DNA of 64,000 nucleotides from Eledone cirrhosa. Its lineage: Eukaryota. The notes below the pieces were generated by a model. That model was not told where the DNA came from. It ran no database searches and was given only the letters and a program-made list of their open reading frames with translations. The position numbers were made by a program, and so were the translations under genes. Numbering within the stretch: the first letter of the stretch is position 1; the number at the start of each line of letters is the position of its first letter. The stretch lies in the NCBI GenBank assembly GCA_964016885.1, contig OZ024743.1, forward strand, positions 145,452,001 through 145,516,000, read 5' to 3'. This document shows, one piece after another, positions 42,314 through 55,351 of the stretch.

Positions 42314-44200
42314 ATGTCTGTCGACCATTCCACTGAATGTGATGGCAAAACACAAAAGTTACTATCACAACCACTCCCTTCAGTGTTAGTAGCAGTATCA
42401 TCTCAAAACGACATCACTACCACTACCAACGCCACCACCACCCCCACCACAACAACTCAGAACAACAACGACAATAACACCGACAGCTTCAATGTAAACA
42501 CGGATGGCGGTGGCAACAGCAACAACAAACAAAACAACAACAACACCAACAACAACAGGAAGAATGACAACACCAACAAGAGCAACAGAGGCACCACCTT
42601 TTCTGCAGCAGCAGCAAAAACAAAGCACTTATTGAATATTGATATTAGCGATAAAGACGAACAGTTGGCCCAGGCGTGAAGGTTAATTAAACGGGAGAAG
42701 TCCTGGGCAAACCTGACCATCCTGGACGGGGCAATAGCGGCCATGCAAAGGAGGACGATGTACTTTCGATGCATTTCAGTGCACACACGCAAAGTGGAAC
42801 TTGCCAGTCAAGCAGAGGTCGAGGCTGCTTTGGAGTGCATCGGATGTGACATAGAGTATAAAGCAAGGCCCAAACAATTCGGTACCATTTCGGTACTGTT
42901 CAAAACCGAGGCCCTTGCTATTAAGCACTCGGTGACCCCCTGCAAAACGGAACACATTATCATTCACCCGTCCTACATGGGAAAAAGGACAGTAAATGTC
43001 TGCATTTCCAAGTTCCCACCAGGAATGAACATATGGTGGCTCCTGGGATGCGCAATCGAGGAGGGGACAGACACTACCCCCCCTGGATATCAAAAGGACA
43101 GAGAGAGAAGACTGGTCCGGAATGGATTTGGAGATTCTTCTCCAAATGAAACCGCAGGACATGAACAACATCCCGGATTTTGCCCGCCTGCAGGACGGGA
43201 CAACAATCCAACTAATCACTGGGGCAAGAAGGCCGCATTGCTTCGTCTGCGGGGAATCAACGCATCTGCAAGCCTTCTGCTCTCGGCGCAAAAATGCAGG
43301 GGGTCGCAAACCTTCTTTGTTGCCAACGCCAGTGTCAGCACGGAAAGCTGCACCACCCCCACCAAAAACAACACCAACAAAGACACGGACACCAACATCA
43401 AAAATAGCCGGACCACCACCAACACAGAAACCAATCCAAGGGGAAAACGAGGAAAGTTCTCCCACTCCCCCTACCCCCCAATTATACACATAGACAAAAC
43501 AATAAACGCACACACAGACACAGAGACACTCACAGCCACAGACCCTTTGTCTTCCAACAGCGAATATGAAGGAAAACCCAAAAGTGCAAAAAAAAACAGA
43601 GAAAACTCATCCCCAAAAAAGCCCCAACAAAACACAAAAACATACACAACAAAAAATACAGACACCACTAACGCAAACATTTCCCCAATAACATCAGCAC
43701 TAACAGCAACATCGACACCACCCCCACAATCCCCGAAACGCAAACAACCTAAACAAACACAAGTACAAATAAACACATAAATACCTGAAATTGCAGACAC
43801 CACACCTACAACAAACACAGACATATCCGAAACAACACCACCAAAACCATCACCACCAGTCACCAAAACGAAAACAAATAAAACCACACCAACAAAATGT
43901 TAAAAACTTCGTGCTTGTCAGAAGGGCCAACGATAAACTGATGGCCCTCTTAGCACGAAGCGAGGACATTCAAACAGAGGGGGAGATCTTTGAAATGAGC
44001 ACATTTTGCGTGCCAGAAGATTTGCTTCTGGTCCGAATGTCATTCGATTCCTTCAAAGAAATTCGGGAGAGCTTTCCTCAAGACGTGGGAACCCCGAATA
44101 TGAAACCCACATCGAGACTTTTAAAGGGGTTCCAAAAGAAACCCCACCAACCATAGAGGTCGAACCACCCGGCCTTCACAAGACCCCGGGAGGTAAGTAA
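42314..44200 (+). pseudogene. Tx1 element A ORF1 (RRM-like region, CCHC zinc knuckle, Pro/Thr-rich tail), disrupted
   Basis: FGTISVLFKTE and RPHCFVCGESTHLQAFC. Collinear with element B ORF1. Stops and frameshifts present. Confidence 0.8.
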
Positions 44201-44229
44201 ACCTTCCCTCTCTCTTTTAGCTTGACAGC

Positions 44230-47200
44230 ATGGCCATATTAAGAGTAGGAAGTTTAAATGTTCGCGGCCTGGGGTGACCCTGGAGCAGGGTCGCCTACTC
44301 AACGACCTCAGGTCGCTGGAAGTGGATGTGATTGCCGTCAGCGAGACCAGAATTTTCCGACAAGCGCGCACTAGCCTCCATTTTCGACGACTATCAGATC
44401 TTCGCATCTGTTAGCAGGCCGGGAATGGGAGGTGGGGTGGAAGTGCTGTTTAGGAAAGGACTGGATCTCGAGGTAAGGTCGATCTTCCGGGACCCGGACG
44501 GTAAGTTGGTGGTCTTGGATGTGAGCAGTAGCGAATGTGGTGCCTTTAGACTGCTGGCCGTCTACACCCCTACAGGGACCGGGCGACCGAACTTCTTTAT
44601 GCGCCTGGAGACCTTTCTGGGTACGTCTCGCCCTTTACTGTTAGCGGGGGACTGGAATGGCATCTTAGACGCACGCTGGGATTGTGTGGGAGTAGCCGAT
44701 AGGAGCCGGGGGTGTAAAAGCCTCAGGCACCTACTCAGCCAGTTCCAACTGTCTGACAGGTATCGACTAGATTTACCCAATATGCCAGTATGGACATGGA
44801 CCAACCGCATGGGGTCATCTAGATCGTATATAGACAGAATCTTCATTAGGAAAATAGATAGAAAGAGTGTAGGCTGCCCACTTTTTAAAACGGTCGCCTA
44901 TTCAGATCACAAATTTGTGATCTTTATGGTCAACCTAGATAAAACGCGTAGCTAGGGACCGAGTTACTGGAAGCTGAACATGTCATTTCCGGCACGTAAG
45001 GCTTACAGGGACCGAGTCAACAATTTAGTTAAGCAAAATTGACAGGGGGGATCATCAACAACAGATGGGGGGGGGGGGGCCTCCGAAAAGAGAGATTAGA
45101 AAATCTTCGATGGAGTTCAGCAAAGAACTAGCGTTAGAGAAAAATAGAAAGGAGGAAGAGCTGGTAGATAAGTTAGACGAGGCTATTTGTAGTGGCATTG
45201 CAACTGACGTGCTAGCGGCGAGAATGGCATTAGACCATTTCTTCAATGCGAAACACGAAGGCTGCATTGTCAGAGCTAAGGCGCGTGCGTTGAGAAACGA
45301 GGGAACCAAAGCTGTTCGATGGGCCCGCGTGGCGGAGGCGCAGCGTGGTAATAAAACCACAATTCGGTCCTTTGCGGACCGAGACGGACACGAGATAAGC
45401 GATTCCAAGCGGATTTGCTCGGTTGTTTGGGGAGAGTGGCGAGTCAGAGAGAGTAACGGATTTCAGTCCCTACATTGACAGCTTGCCAGCGCATCTCGAC
45501 AGCCGACGCTGAGCGCTGCGAAAGGCCGATTACTTCAGCCGAAATTTAGGACGCCCTTGTCGGCTGCATGAGGCGCAAGTCACCCGGTTTGGATGGTCTG
45601 CCCTACGAGCTTTACGTAAATATGCCAGACTTGTTCTCCGATCTCCTCGAAGCACTCTACTGCAACTGGCAGCAGAATGGGAGTATTCCCAGTTCTGTGA
45701 GCAGGGGAGTGGTGACGCTGATAAGGAAAGACGAGAACAAGAGGGATACATTAGATAACTTCAGGCCCATAACTCTGCTGAACACAGAGTTTAAGATTTT
45801 GGCCAGGGTGTTAGCGAAGAGGTTGGCGCTTGTCGTCGGGGATTTGGTTGAGGAGGCGCAAACTTGCGCAATCCCAACCAGGTCCATACACGACAACCTC
45901 CACCTAATAGAGAGGGTAGGGTGTAAACCTGGCTTCGGTGGGGCTCTGATCAATTTAGATCAATCGAAAGCATTCGATAGGGTCGACCATCGGTACCTGG
46001 AGGCTGTCCTCAAGGCGGCTGGCTTCGGCCCCGTCTTCAGAAGCTGGATCGCTGCAATGCACAGCGGCACCTGCTCGGTGGTCAAAATTAATGGCCACTT
46101 CTCGGAACCGTTTCAGGTCTCCCGATCGGTCCGTCAAGGGTGCCCTCTCTCCTCCCTTCTGTACGTATTGACTCTCGAGCCTTTACTGCGGAAGCTGGAG
46201 CTGTTGCAGGGCATCCCGCTCGAACCGGGACGCGGAAAAGCCGTGTCGACTTATGCGGACGACATCACCGTGATGGTGTCGGACACCTCAGAAATCGAGG
46301 TGGTCGGTACCTTATTGGAGGAATATGAAAGGTTGACGGGAGCAAAACTTAACCCGGAAAAGTCAGTAGGCTTGCAACTCGGCACCTGGAGAGGCAAGTC
46401 CATGCCGTCCAACAGCGTCGTTAGGCGCTGGACAGACCGGTAAAGTTGCTAGGGGTTTGGTTCGGGCCAGACCTCCAGGTGAATAAGTATTGGGACGAGG
46501 TGACGGGCAGGGTAGTCAGTTTCACCCAGAAATGCGCTGGGATGAAGCTATCACTGAAAGGTCGGGCGGAGGTGGCGAACGCGTACATCGCGTGCGTCTT
46601 CTACTACCGTCTAACTGTCGTCCCTTGCCCCCGTTCTCGCCTCGCCATCTTGGAGCGGCTCCTCTTCAAATTCTTGTGGAGGGGTCAGGTTCCGCTGGTG
46701 AGGCGGTCCATCTGCTGCCAGCACCCTCTACGTGGAGGGCTGGGCATGCCGTGGCTAATGATGCGCAGGCACGCGCTGAGGCTGCGGCATCTCCAGATAT
46801 TCTGCCTAAACGGTGAACAGGTGTGGTCGCCGTTTGTCAGACGGGCCTTTCCGCAGCTCGTTTCTTTGACTGAGTTGCAGTTCTGGGTCAAGAAGAGACC
46901 GAGACTGGGTGACTGGCATCTGGAATGTTGCCAGGCACTCACTGCCCTCTACCAGGCGGGAAATGCGGTCAGTGGAACTTCCACTCTCGAGTTCTATAGA
47001 GGATTAGTGGTGGGCAAGTGCGACGACGCACTCGGAGAGGCTCTGGGAATCAACGAAGTCGAACTAACCAGTCTGTACCGGAGGACTTTCGAGTCGGGGA
47101 CGATGGATAATTTCCAAAAATCCCTCGCTTGGCAGTGCTACCGGGGGGCACTGCCGGTATGAGATAAACTCTACAGGCACGGAAGTGCTGTCAGCCGGGA

Positions 47201-47618
47201 CCTGCTCGTGATGCGCGCAGAGCGACGAAACCGTTCTGCACGCACTCGTCCAGTGTCCGTGCATTACTGACTTGTGGAGTTATGTTGAACAGCTGTTGTC
47301 GCGTGTAGAACGGATCTGGCTATCGGCCGAGTCCATAGTGAAGATCGACCCGCCGCCTTCTTTTGGCCAGGAAGGGCAGGCAATTTTCCTCTGTCTGGTG
47401 GCAGTAGCGAAAGAGGTTGTATGGTGGACGAGGTTGAAAGGACTGAAGACAGACACTTTTCTCTTCGGCCAATCCCTCATCAACTTTTTCAAGTTTCACT
47501 TGGAGGGAAGGTTAGGATGGAGAGAGAAGGGCTGCCCCCCAGTACATTTGCTGAAAGGTGGGTGAATGTGGCGAGAATGGCCCGTGTGAGTAGGCCTACT
47601 CTGGTCATGCGGCTGTAG
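44230..47618 (+). pseudogene. Tx1 element A ORF2 (APE endonuclease, RT, zinc finger), disrupted
   Basis: MAILRVGSLNVRGL, SET, GDWN, SDH; KSPGLDG, FRPITLLN, LDQSKAFD, RQGCPLS, YADD, GGLGMP. Confidence 0.93.
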
Positions 47619-48127
47619 GTAAATTTGAAGGTAAATTTGAAGAGGAGAGGGGTGCCCTTCCAGGGTGCTCTCGAAGCGTCGGGTCGTTCAGGACTGGTGG
47701 GGTACCTGAGCGAACCCTAGGTGGTCATCCCCCCTATTGGGAAATTTTTTCTTGTTGTAATTTTATTGTTACTTTGTTATTGTTACTTTGTTTATTCATA
47801 TTGTTTACTCGATTTTTTTGTAAAACCCCACTGTCCCAGTCTTTTGTTTTGTCCCCTATATGTTGGCCCTTGTGGCCAATAAATGAAATCATTATTATTA
47901 TTATTATTATTATTATTGGCGACCTACGTAGTAAATCGTATCATCGTGAGCTCCGCAAAGGTTTGTTATTTCCGTTTGTTAAAAATTGCCATTTATGGAA
48001 AATTTTTATTGTTAACTATATATAAGCGCACATACATTGTTTTCCGAAAAGGACACCCAAAAAGATTGAGGCCTTGTGCCCAAAATTTAAACTTTTATGA
48101 TTATCAAAAAATTTCTTTGAAAAAGAA

Positions 48128-50134
48128 ATGGCTAATTCACCACTGCACCAAGCAGCTGAAAGCCTTTCTCACAAATTAACACCTCACACCGACACCACCA
48201 TTGTAAATGTTACTACGTCTGCCAACACACACAATTTAAGCACTAGCAATATTTTAAATTTGTCTCAGGCAGACATTCATTTCCCGCCATTACCAATGAC
48301 TGCAGGTGTTAAAGCCGCCACCACCACTACCGCCACCGCGACAACCACCACCCCCACTACCACCGCGACAACAGAAACAAAAGGAAAAAATAAATCAACT
48401 CGTGATGTCGAAATATTTTCAACCAAAATGGACTCTCCCAAACCGAACTTCACTGACGTCACCACCACCACAACTGAAACTAAAATTAATAATAACAAAA
48501 ATAACGATAGCAACAACAACAACAATGACATTAAAAAAAACCCCCTGAGTTTTGCCAGAGTAGCAAAACAGTGCGAAGCATTTACGGTAACTGAGGAGGA
48601 ATTAGAAAATGCCAAACAAATGGTAAAGAAAGATGGGTACAGGGTCAGCCTCACCCCCCACCCCCACCCACCCACCCCACCCCACCACCCACCTAATAAA
48701 ATGGAGCATCGGCGCCTATGCACCGTGTCGTATCGAACAATAAATGTAAAATCGCGCCGAGTGGAACGGGCATCCGAGTCCCAAATCCAAAAAGCTTTGG
48801 GACATGTGTGGGCAAGAAAAACCCACATCAGACGTGGGCAGAAGTATGGAACCGTGGATGTGTTCTTTGAAACACCAGAGGAGGCTAGAGAACACTCCAT
48901 GGCCCCATTAAGAAGTGACGACTTCACACTCGTCCCAAGCTATTGTGGTCAGAGACTCGTAAAGATCAGGGTGACCCACGTTCCACCGGCCATCGAAATT
49001 CCCTTGCTAATAGCGGCCGTCCTCGCCGGCATCGAAGCCAACACAAAGATAATAGCAATAGCAAAAGAAAAGCAGGAGAACTGGTCCGGATCTGGGATGG
49101 AGCTCCTGATCCAAGCGGACCAAAAAAGCATTGAGGAGATCCCAGAAGTAATAGACCTCACTGATGGCAGCCACCTCACCGTAATTGTCGAGAGCAGAAG
49201 GCCTAGGTGTGTCGTTTGTGGTGAAGGAACCCACCTAAGGGCTTTCTGCCCTTAGGCTAAAAGGTTGAGGCCACCTCTCCTACCCACCCCAGTGACACAA
49301 CCATCAACACCCTCAGTAGCAGAGATGGCAGCAACAACTGTAGCAGCAACAACAGAAGCAACTAAAACAGCAACAACCCCAGCAACAGTAGCAAAACCAA
49401 CACCACCACCACCAGCAAAACCAACACCACTACCACCCAACGCTTCAGAACTAGCACCAACGCCTACACCATCCACCACGCCACAACCAAAACTAACGCC
49501 TGTGGAGGATTTTCCATTCCCCGGCCTATCACAACTGGAGACAGATTGTGACGACGAGGAGTGGGAAACGATATCCGGAAAAAAAAAAGAAACCAAAAAA
49601 GAAAAAATTCTCTTCCTTCCCCCTCCAAAAACAAAATACAGAGGGAAACAAATAAATTAACAAACAAAAAAGTTAGGACAGATATGCCACCATCCACACC
49701 AGCATCACCAACCCCATCAACCCAAACACCAACAACATCACCATCATTAACCCCAACACCACCATCACCTACACCACAAAAGTCACCAAAATGCGAAACA
49801 GAAACGAACCCAAACAAAACAAAACAACCAAAACGATACACACTACACAGCATTAAATTTGAACAACAAGCAATTATTACACTACATCCAGCACAACACC
49901 AGCATCACAGAAAAAGACTACACAACAACCCAAAAATTCACACCACCTCCACACATACAAATCGCTCGCATCACACAGAAAACGTACATGACACTAAAAC
50001 AAAAATTCCCCAAAGACATCGGAGACTTCCGACAAGCACTCTCCAGGAGGATTTATAAGGACATCCTTCCTGAGGAGGCCACAAGCAGTGAAAAGGATGG
50101 AAAAACCGTCCTTCCCCTACGAGAAGTAAGGTAA
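48128..50134 (+). pseudogene. Tx1 element B ORF1, disrupted
   Basis: YGTVDVFFETPEEA and RPRCVVCGEGTHLRAFC. Internal stop at ~49255; Pro/Thr-rich C-terminus. Confidence 0.82.
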
Positions 50135-50168
50135 GTGGACTTTCCCATCTTTTCCACTCCTTTTCAAC

Positions 50169-53100
50169 ATGACCTAACTCAGAATAGGCAGCATAAATGC
50201 GCGTGGCTTGGGGTCGTCATGGAAGCAGGGTCACCTGCTCAACGACCTCAGGTCACTAAACATAGATGTAGTGGCCATAAGCGAGACCAGAATCTCCGAA
50301 GCACGGGCCTTCGCACCGATATTCGGCGGCTACGATGTGTACGCATCTACCAGTCGTCCGGGATCGAGGGGAGGAGTTGCTGTGCTTTTTCGGAGAGGTT
50401 TGGATCTTGCCATACGGGCCATCTTCCTGGACCCAGAAGGTAAGTTGGTGGTGCTGGACGTGACCAGCAGAGACGGGCAAGCTTTCAGGTTAGTGGCCGT
50501 CTATGCCCCGACAGGAGCAGGGCGGCCTGATTTCTTCCGGCGTCTGGAGACCTTTCTTGGAACGTCCCGCTCTTTAGTGTTAGTGGGCGACTGGAACGGG
50601 ATCTTAGATGCACGCTGGGATTGTGTGGGATTAGTGGATAGGGAAGGAGGGTGCAAGAGTCTCACCAACCTGCTCAGGCGTTTTGAACTGTCTGACAGGT
50701 ACCGAATTGATTTCTCGAATGTACCAATGTGGACTTGGACAAAGCGCATAGGGTCATCCGATCATATTTAGATAGAGTATTTTGTAGGGAAATAGATAGG
50801 TCTAGCATAGGCTGTCCACAATTCAAGATAGTCAGCTACACGGACCACAAATTCGTGATCTGTGTGCTTGACTTAGATAGGCTTCATAGACGAGGACCCG
50901 GCTACTGGAAGCTAAACGCGTCCTTACCAGCGCGCAAGGCCTACAAAGACCGGATTAGCGAACTAGTTAAACTGGCGTTGACGGGGGCCATCGTCAACAA
51001 CAAGTGGTGGTTTGCTCTGAAAAGAGCAATTAGAATAGAGTCAATTAGGTTTAGTAAGGCTTTAGCATTAGAGAAAAATAGAGCAGAGGGAGAATTAGTT
51101 AGAAAATTAGACGAGGCGCTTAGCAAAGGCATCGCGACCGACGTACTTGCGGCGAAATTGGCCCTTGACCAATTCTTCAATGCAAAGCACGAAGGCTGCG
51201 TTGTCAGAGCTAGGGGAGGGGACGAAAGCCGTTCAATGGGCCCGAGTGGCGGAGGCTCGTCGGGGCAACAAAGCCACGATCCGGTCTTTGGTAGACCACG
51301 ACGGGCGCATGCTACTCGATCCCGGGCAAATGTGTGAAGCTTTTCAGCGACACTTCGCTCAACTGTTCGGGGGCAGTGGCGGGCCGGATCGATGGATGGA
51401 CTTTAGTGTCTACCTCGACGGACTGCCGCGGCTTTCGGCCACTGAGGCGGAGTGTTGCGAAAAGCCGATAACAACCGCTGAAGTACGGGAGGCAATGACT
51501 GGCTGCACAAGGGGTAAATCGCCTGGTTTGGATGGTCTGCCCTATGAACTTTATGTACAAATGCCAGACTTGTTCGGAGCCCTCTTGGCGGACGTCTACT
51601 GCAACTGGCAACAGAACGGGAGAATTCCCAGCTATGTGAGCCGAGGAGCAGTGGCGCTGCTGAGAAAGGATCCGAACAAGGGGGATAACATAGATAATTT
51701 TAGGCCCATAACTCTGCTAAACACAGAGTTCAAGATTTTGGCCAAGGTGCTAGCAAAGAGGTTGGCGCTTGTCGTTAGTGGTCTGGTGGGAGAGGCACAG
51801 ACATGTGCTATTCCCGACAGATCCATCCACGACAACCTCCACCTCATGCGAAACATCGTAGAGAGGGTAGCTAGGGAACCTGGCACGGGTGGGTCTTTGA
51901 TCAATTTAGATCAGTCGAAAGCCTTCGATAGGGTCGACCATCGTTACCTAGCGGCAGTCCAGAGGGCGGCTGGCTTTGGGCCCGTCTTCAGAGGCTGGAT
52001 CGCTGCCATGCACAGCGACATCTGCTCTGTAGTGAGAGTGAACGATCACCTTTCGGAACCGTTCAACATCATGCGCTCGGTCCGCCAAGGATGTCCCCTC
52101 TCGTCCCTATTGTACGTATTGACTCTCGTGCCATTACTGCACAAACTGGAGACGTTGAGGGGGGTCCCGTACGAACTAGGATGCGTAAGATCCGTGTCAG
52201 CATATGCGGACGATGTCACCGTAGTGGTGTCGAACGCCAAACACATCGAGGCGATCGGCACTACACTAAGAGAATACGAAGCGGTGACAGGAGCAATGAT
52301 CAACTAGGAAAAGTCAGTGGGCCTGCAGCTCGGCACCTGGAGAGGGAGGTCCATGCCGTCCAACAGCGTCGTCGGGCGCTGGACGGACGGACCGGTTATA
52401 TTGCTAGGGGTCTGGTTCGGTCCAGACCTCCAGACGGACAAAAGCTGGGACGAGGTGACGAGCAGGGTGGCTTCTCTCACCCAGAAATGGGCCGAGAGGA
52501 AGCTATCCCTGAAAGGTCGAGCGGAGGTGGCTAACGCGTACATCGCGTCGTACCTTGTCCTAAGCCCCGCCTGACTGCGCTGGAGCGTTTGCTCTTTCGC
52601 TTCTTGTGGAAGGGACGCGCTCCGATGGTCAGGCGGTCCATCTGCTGTCAACACCCGCTACGTGGAGGGCTGGGCATGCCGTTGCTGATGATGCGCAGAC
52701 ACGCGCTCAGGCTACGACATCTCCACCTCTTCCTCGACGGTGATCAGGTGTGGTCGCCGTTTGCTAGACAGGTTTTTCCCCAGCTCGTCTCCTTGACGGA
52801 GCTGCAGTCCTGGGTCAAGCAAAGACCGAGAGGGAGCGCTTGGAGACTGGAATGTCTTCAGGCGCTCACAGCCCTCGACCAATCGGGCAATGTGATCGGT
52901 GGAAACTCCACCTTGGCGTTCTATAGGGGATTAGTGGAGGGGAAGAGCGACGACGTACTTGGAGAAACTCTAGGCGTCGACGAAAATCAACTAGCCAATC
53001 TCTTCGGAAGGACTTTCGGGCCGGGGCCTATGGATAACTTCCAGAAATCCCTGGCCTTGCAGTGCTACCGGGGAGCTTTGCCAGTTCGGGATAAACTCTA

Positions 53101-53545
53101 CAGGCATGGAGGTGCCGTCAGCCGGGCATGTCCGAGATGCGCACAGGGCGACGAAACCGTCCTGCATGCACTCGTCCAGTGTCCGAGCATTGTTGACTTG
53201 TGGGTTTATGTCGAACACCTGCTGTCACGTGTAGGACGGATCCAGCTATCAGCTGAGTCCATCGTGAGGATTGCCCCGCCCTCTTCCTTTAGCCGGGAAG
53301 GGCAGGCAGTTTTTATCTGTCTGGTGGCCATGGCGAAAGAGATAGTGTGGTGGACACGTTTGAAAGGGCTGAAGACGAGCACTTACCTCTTCGGTGATGC
53401 CCTGATTAACTTTTTCAAATTTCATTTGAAAAGGAAAATCGGGGTAGAGAGGGAAGTGCTCTCTTCCCACCATTTTGTTGAAAGATGGGTGAGAGAAGCA
53501 AGTATGGCCCGAATGAATGGGCCTTCTCTGAGTATGTGTCTGTAA
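50169..53545 (+). pseudogene. Tx1 element B ORF2 (APE, RT, CCHC), disrupted
   Basis: VVAISETR, GDWN, TDH; PGLDG, LDQSKAFD, RQGCPLS, YADD; CPRC...ETVLHALVQC. Confidence 0.93.
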
Positions 53546-53787
53546 ATTAAAGGTGGAAAACTGGGAGAGGGCATTTGCCCTGGTGGTCAGGGTCACTGTG
53601 GTCTTTTAATGGGCTTTCTCCACAAATGTCCCTCGGAAGTCTCCCCCCTATTGGGGAATTTTTCTTTGTTATTTTATTACATCCTCTGTTTTTTTACACG
53701 CAGAAATGCCCATTTGTACCGTCCTGTATTGTCCTGTACTGTCCTTAATGTCTACTTTATGTAAACCTTTGTGGTTAATAAAGAAAA

Positions 53788-53836
<49 letters not shown>

Positions 53837-53839
<3 letters not shown>

Positions 53840-55351
53840 AATAATAATGATTTCTTTATTGGCCACAAGGGCTGACATCAAGAAAAACATTACAGACGGC
53901 ACAGGACGATACGATGTAGGTTTTGTTCGTGTAAAGATTTTTATTATTTATATAAGAAAAGAAAAAGAAAATTACATAGAAATATATATATATAAACAAT
54001 AAAAATGAAAATTGGAACAATGAAAATTTCCCCAATAGGGGGAAACCTCCGAAGATTACTCGTGGCGAAAACCACACAAAAGACCACGGCTACCCTGACC
54101 ACCAGAGCAAGCGCCCTCTCTCAATTTTTCCATTTCTCAAACTACAGGCGTGTATTCAGAGCGGTCCCGTTCACTCGGACCATTCTCGCTACATTCACCC
54201 ACCTTTAACAAACTTGCTAGAAGGCAGCACTTGCCTCTCCACCCTGATTTTCCTCTTCAAGTGAAACTTGAAAAAGTTAATTAGGGATTCGCCGAAGAGG
54301 AAAGTGTCTGTCTTTAACCCTTTCAACCTTGTCCACCACACAATCTCTTTCGCCATGGCCACCAGGCAGATGAAAACCGAAAGCCCTTCCTCCTCAAAGG
54401 AAGACGGCGAGACCATCTGCACAATAGACTCAGTCGATAACCGGATCCTACACGCGACAGCAACTGTTCGACATAGCTCAGCAATGCTCGGGCACTGAAC
54501 GAGTGCGCGCATCTCGGACAGGCTCGGCTGACGGCACTTCCGTGTCTGTAGAGCTTATCTCGAACCGGCAACGCTCCTCGGTAGCACTGCCAGGCCAGGG
54601 ATTTTTGGAAGTTATCCATAGGCGCTGGGCTGAAAGTTCTCCGGAAGCGAGCAAACAGCTGATCTTCTTCGACGCCCAGGATCTCTCCGAGAACGTCGTC
54701 GTTCTCCCCCTCCACTAGTCCTCTATAGAACGCCGAGGTGGATGTTCTACCAATACTGGTGCCCAGCTGGTGAGCGCCTGGAGACATTCCACTTTCCAAG
54801 CGCTATCCCTCGGTCTTTTCCTGACCCAGGACTGCAGCTCAGTCAAGGAGACGAGCTGTGGGAAAACGTGCCTGGCGAACGGCGACCACACCTGTTCACC
54901 GTCAAGGAAGCACCAGAGATGTCGCAGCCTCAGCGCATGTTTGCGCATCATCAGCCATGGCATGCCCAGCCCTCCACGCAACGGGTGTTGACAGCAGATG
55001 GATCGTCTGACCATGGGAGCACGTCCTTTCCACAAAAAGCGGAAGAGGAGGCGCTCCATTTTGGTGAGAGTTGGGCCGGGGCAAGGGACGACGGTGAGGC
55101 GGTAGCAGATGACGGATGCGATGTACTCATTCGCCACCTCCGCCCGGCCTTTCAGGGACAGCTTCCTCTCGGCCCGTTTCTGGGTGAGGGAGGCCACCTT
55201 GCTCGTCACCTCACTCCAGTTTTTCTCCATCTGGAGGTCCGGTCCGAACCAGACCCCGAGCAATTTAACCGGTCCGTCCATCCAACGTCCCACGACGCTG
55301 TCGGACGGCATGGACTTTCCTCTCCAGGTGCCGAGCTGCAAGCCCACCGAC
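53837..55351 (-). mobile_element. Tx1-clade LINE, element C, 5'-truncated, tail-to-tail with B
   Basis: Minus-strand ORFs SVGLQLGTWRGKSMPS...FKFHLKRKIR. 3' UTR and (ATT)n tail at 53837-53848. Confidence 0.92.

Larger units (their letters stand above)
41940..47917 (+). mobile_element. Tx1-clade (L1-like) LINE, element A, near full length, decayed; 5' boundary approximate
   Basis: ORF1 + ORF2 + 3' UTR with AATAAA and (ATT)n tail at 47891-47917. Confidence 0.9.
47918..53836 (+). mobile_element. Tx1-clade LINE, element B, full length, decayed
   Basis: Starts directly after A's (ATT)n tail and ends in its own (ATT)n at 53789-53836. Confidence 0.92.

Noticed and set aside
42398-53596. Antisense and alternate-frame ORFs over the Tx1 elements
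   Set aside because: Shadow ORFs of GC-richer LINE coding sequence.
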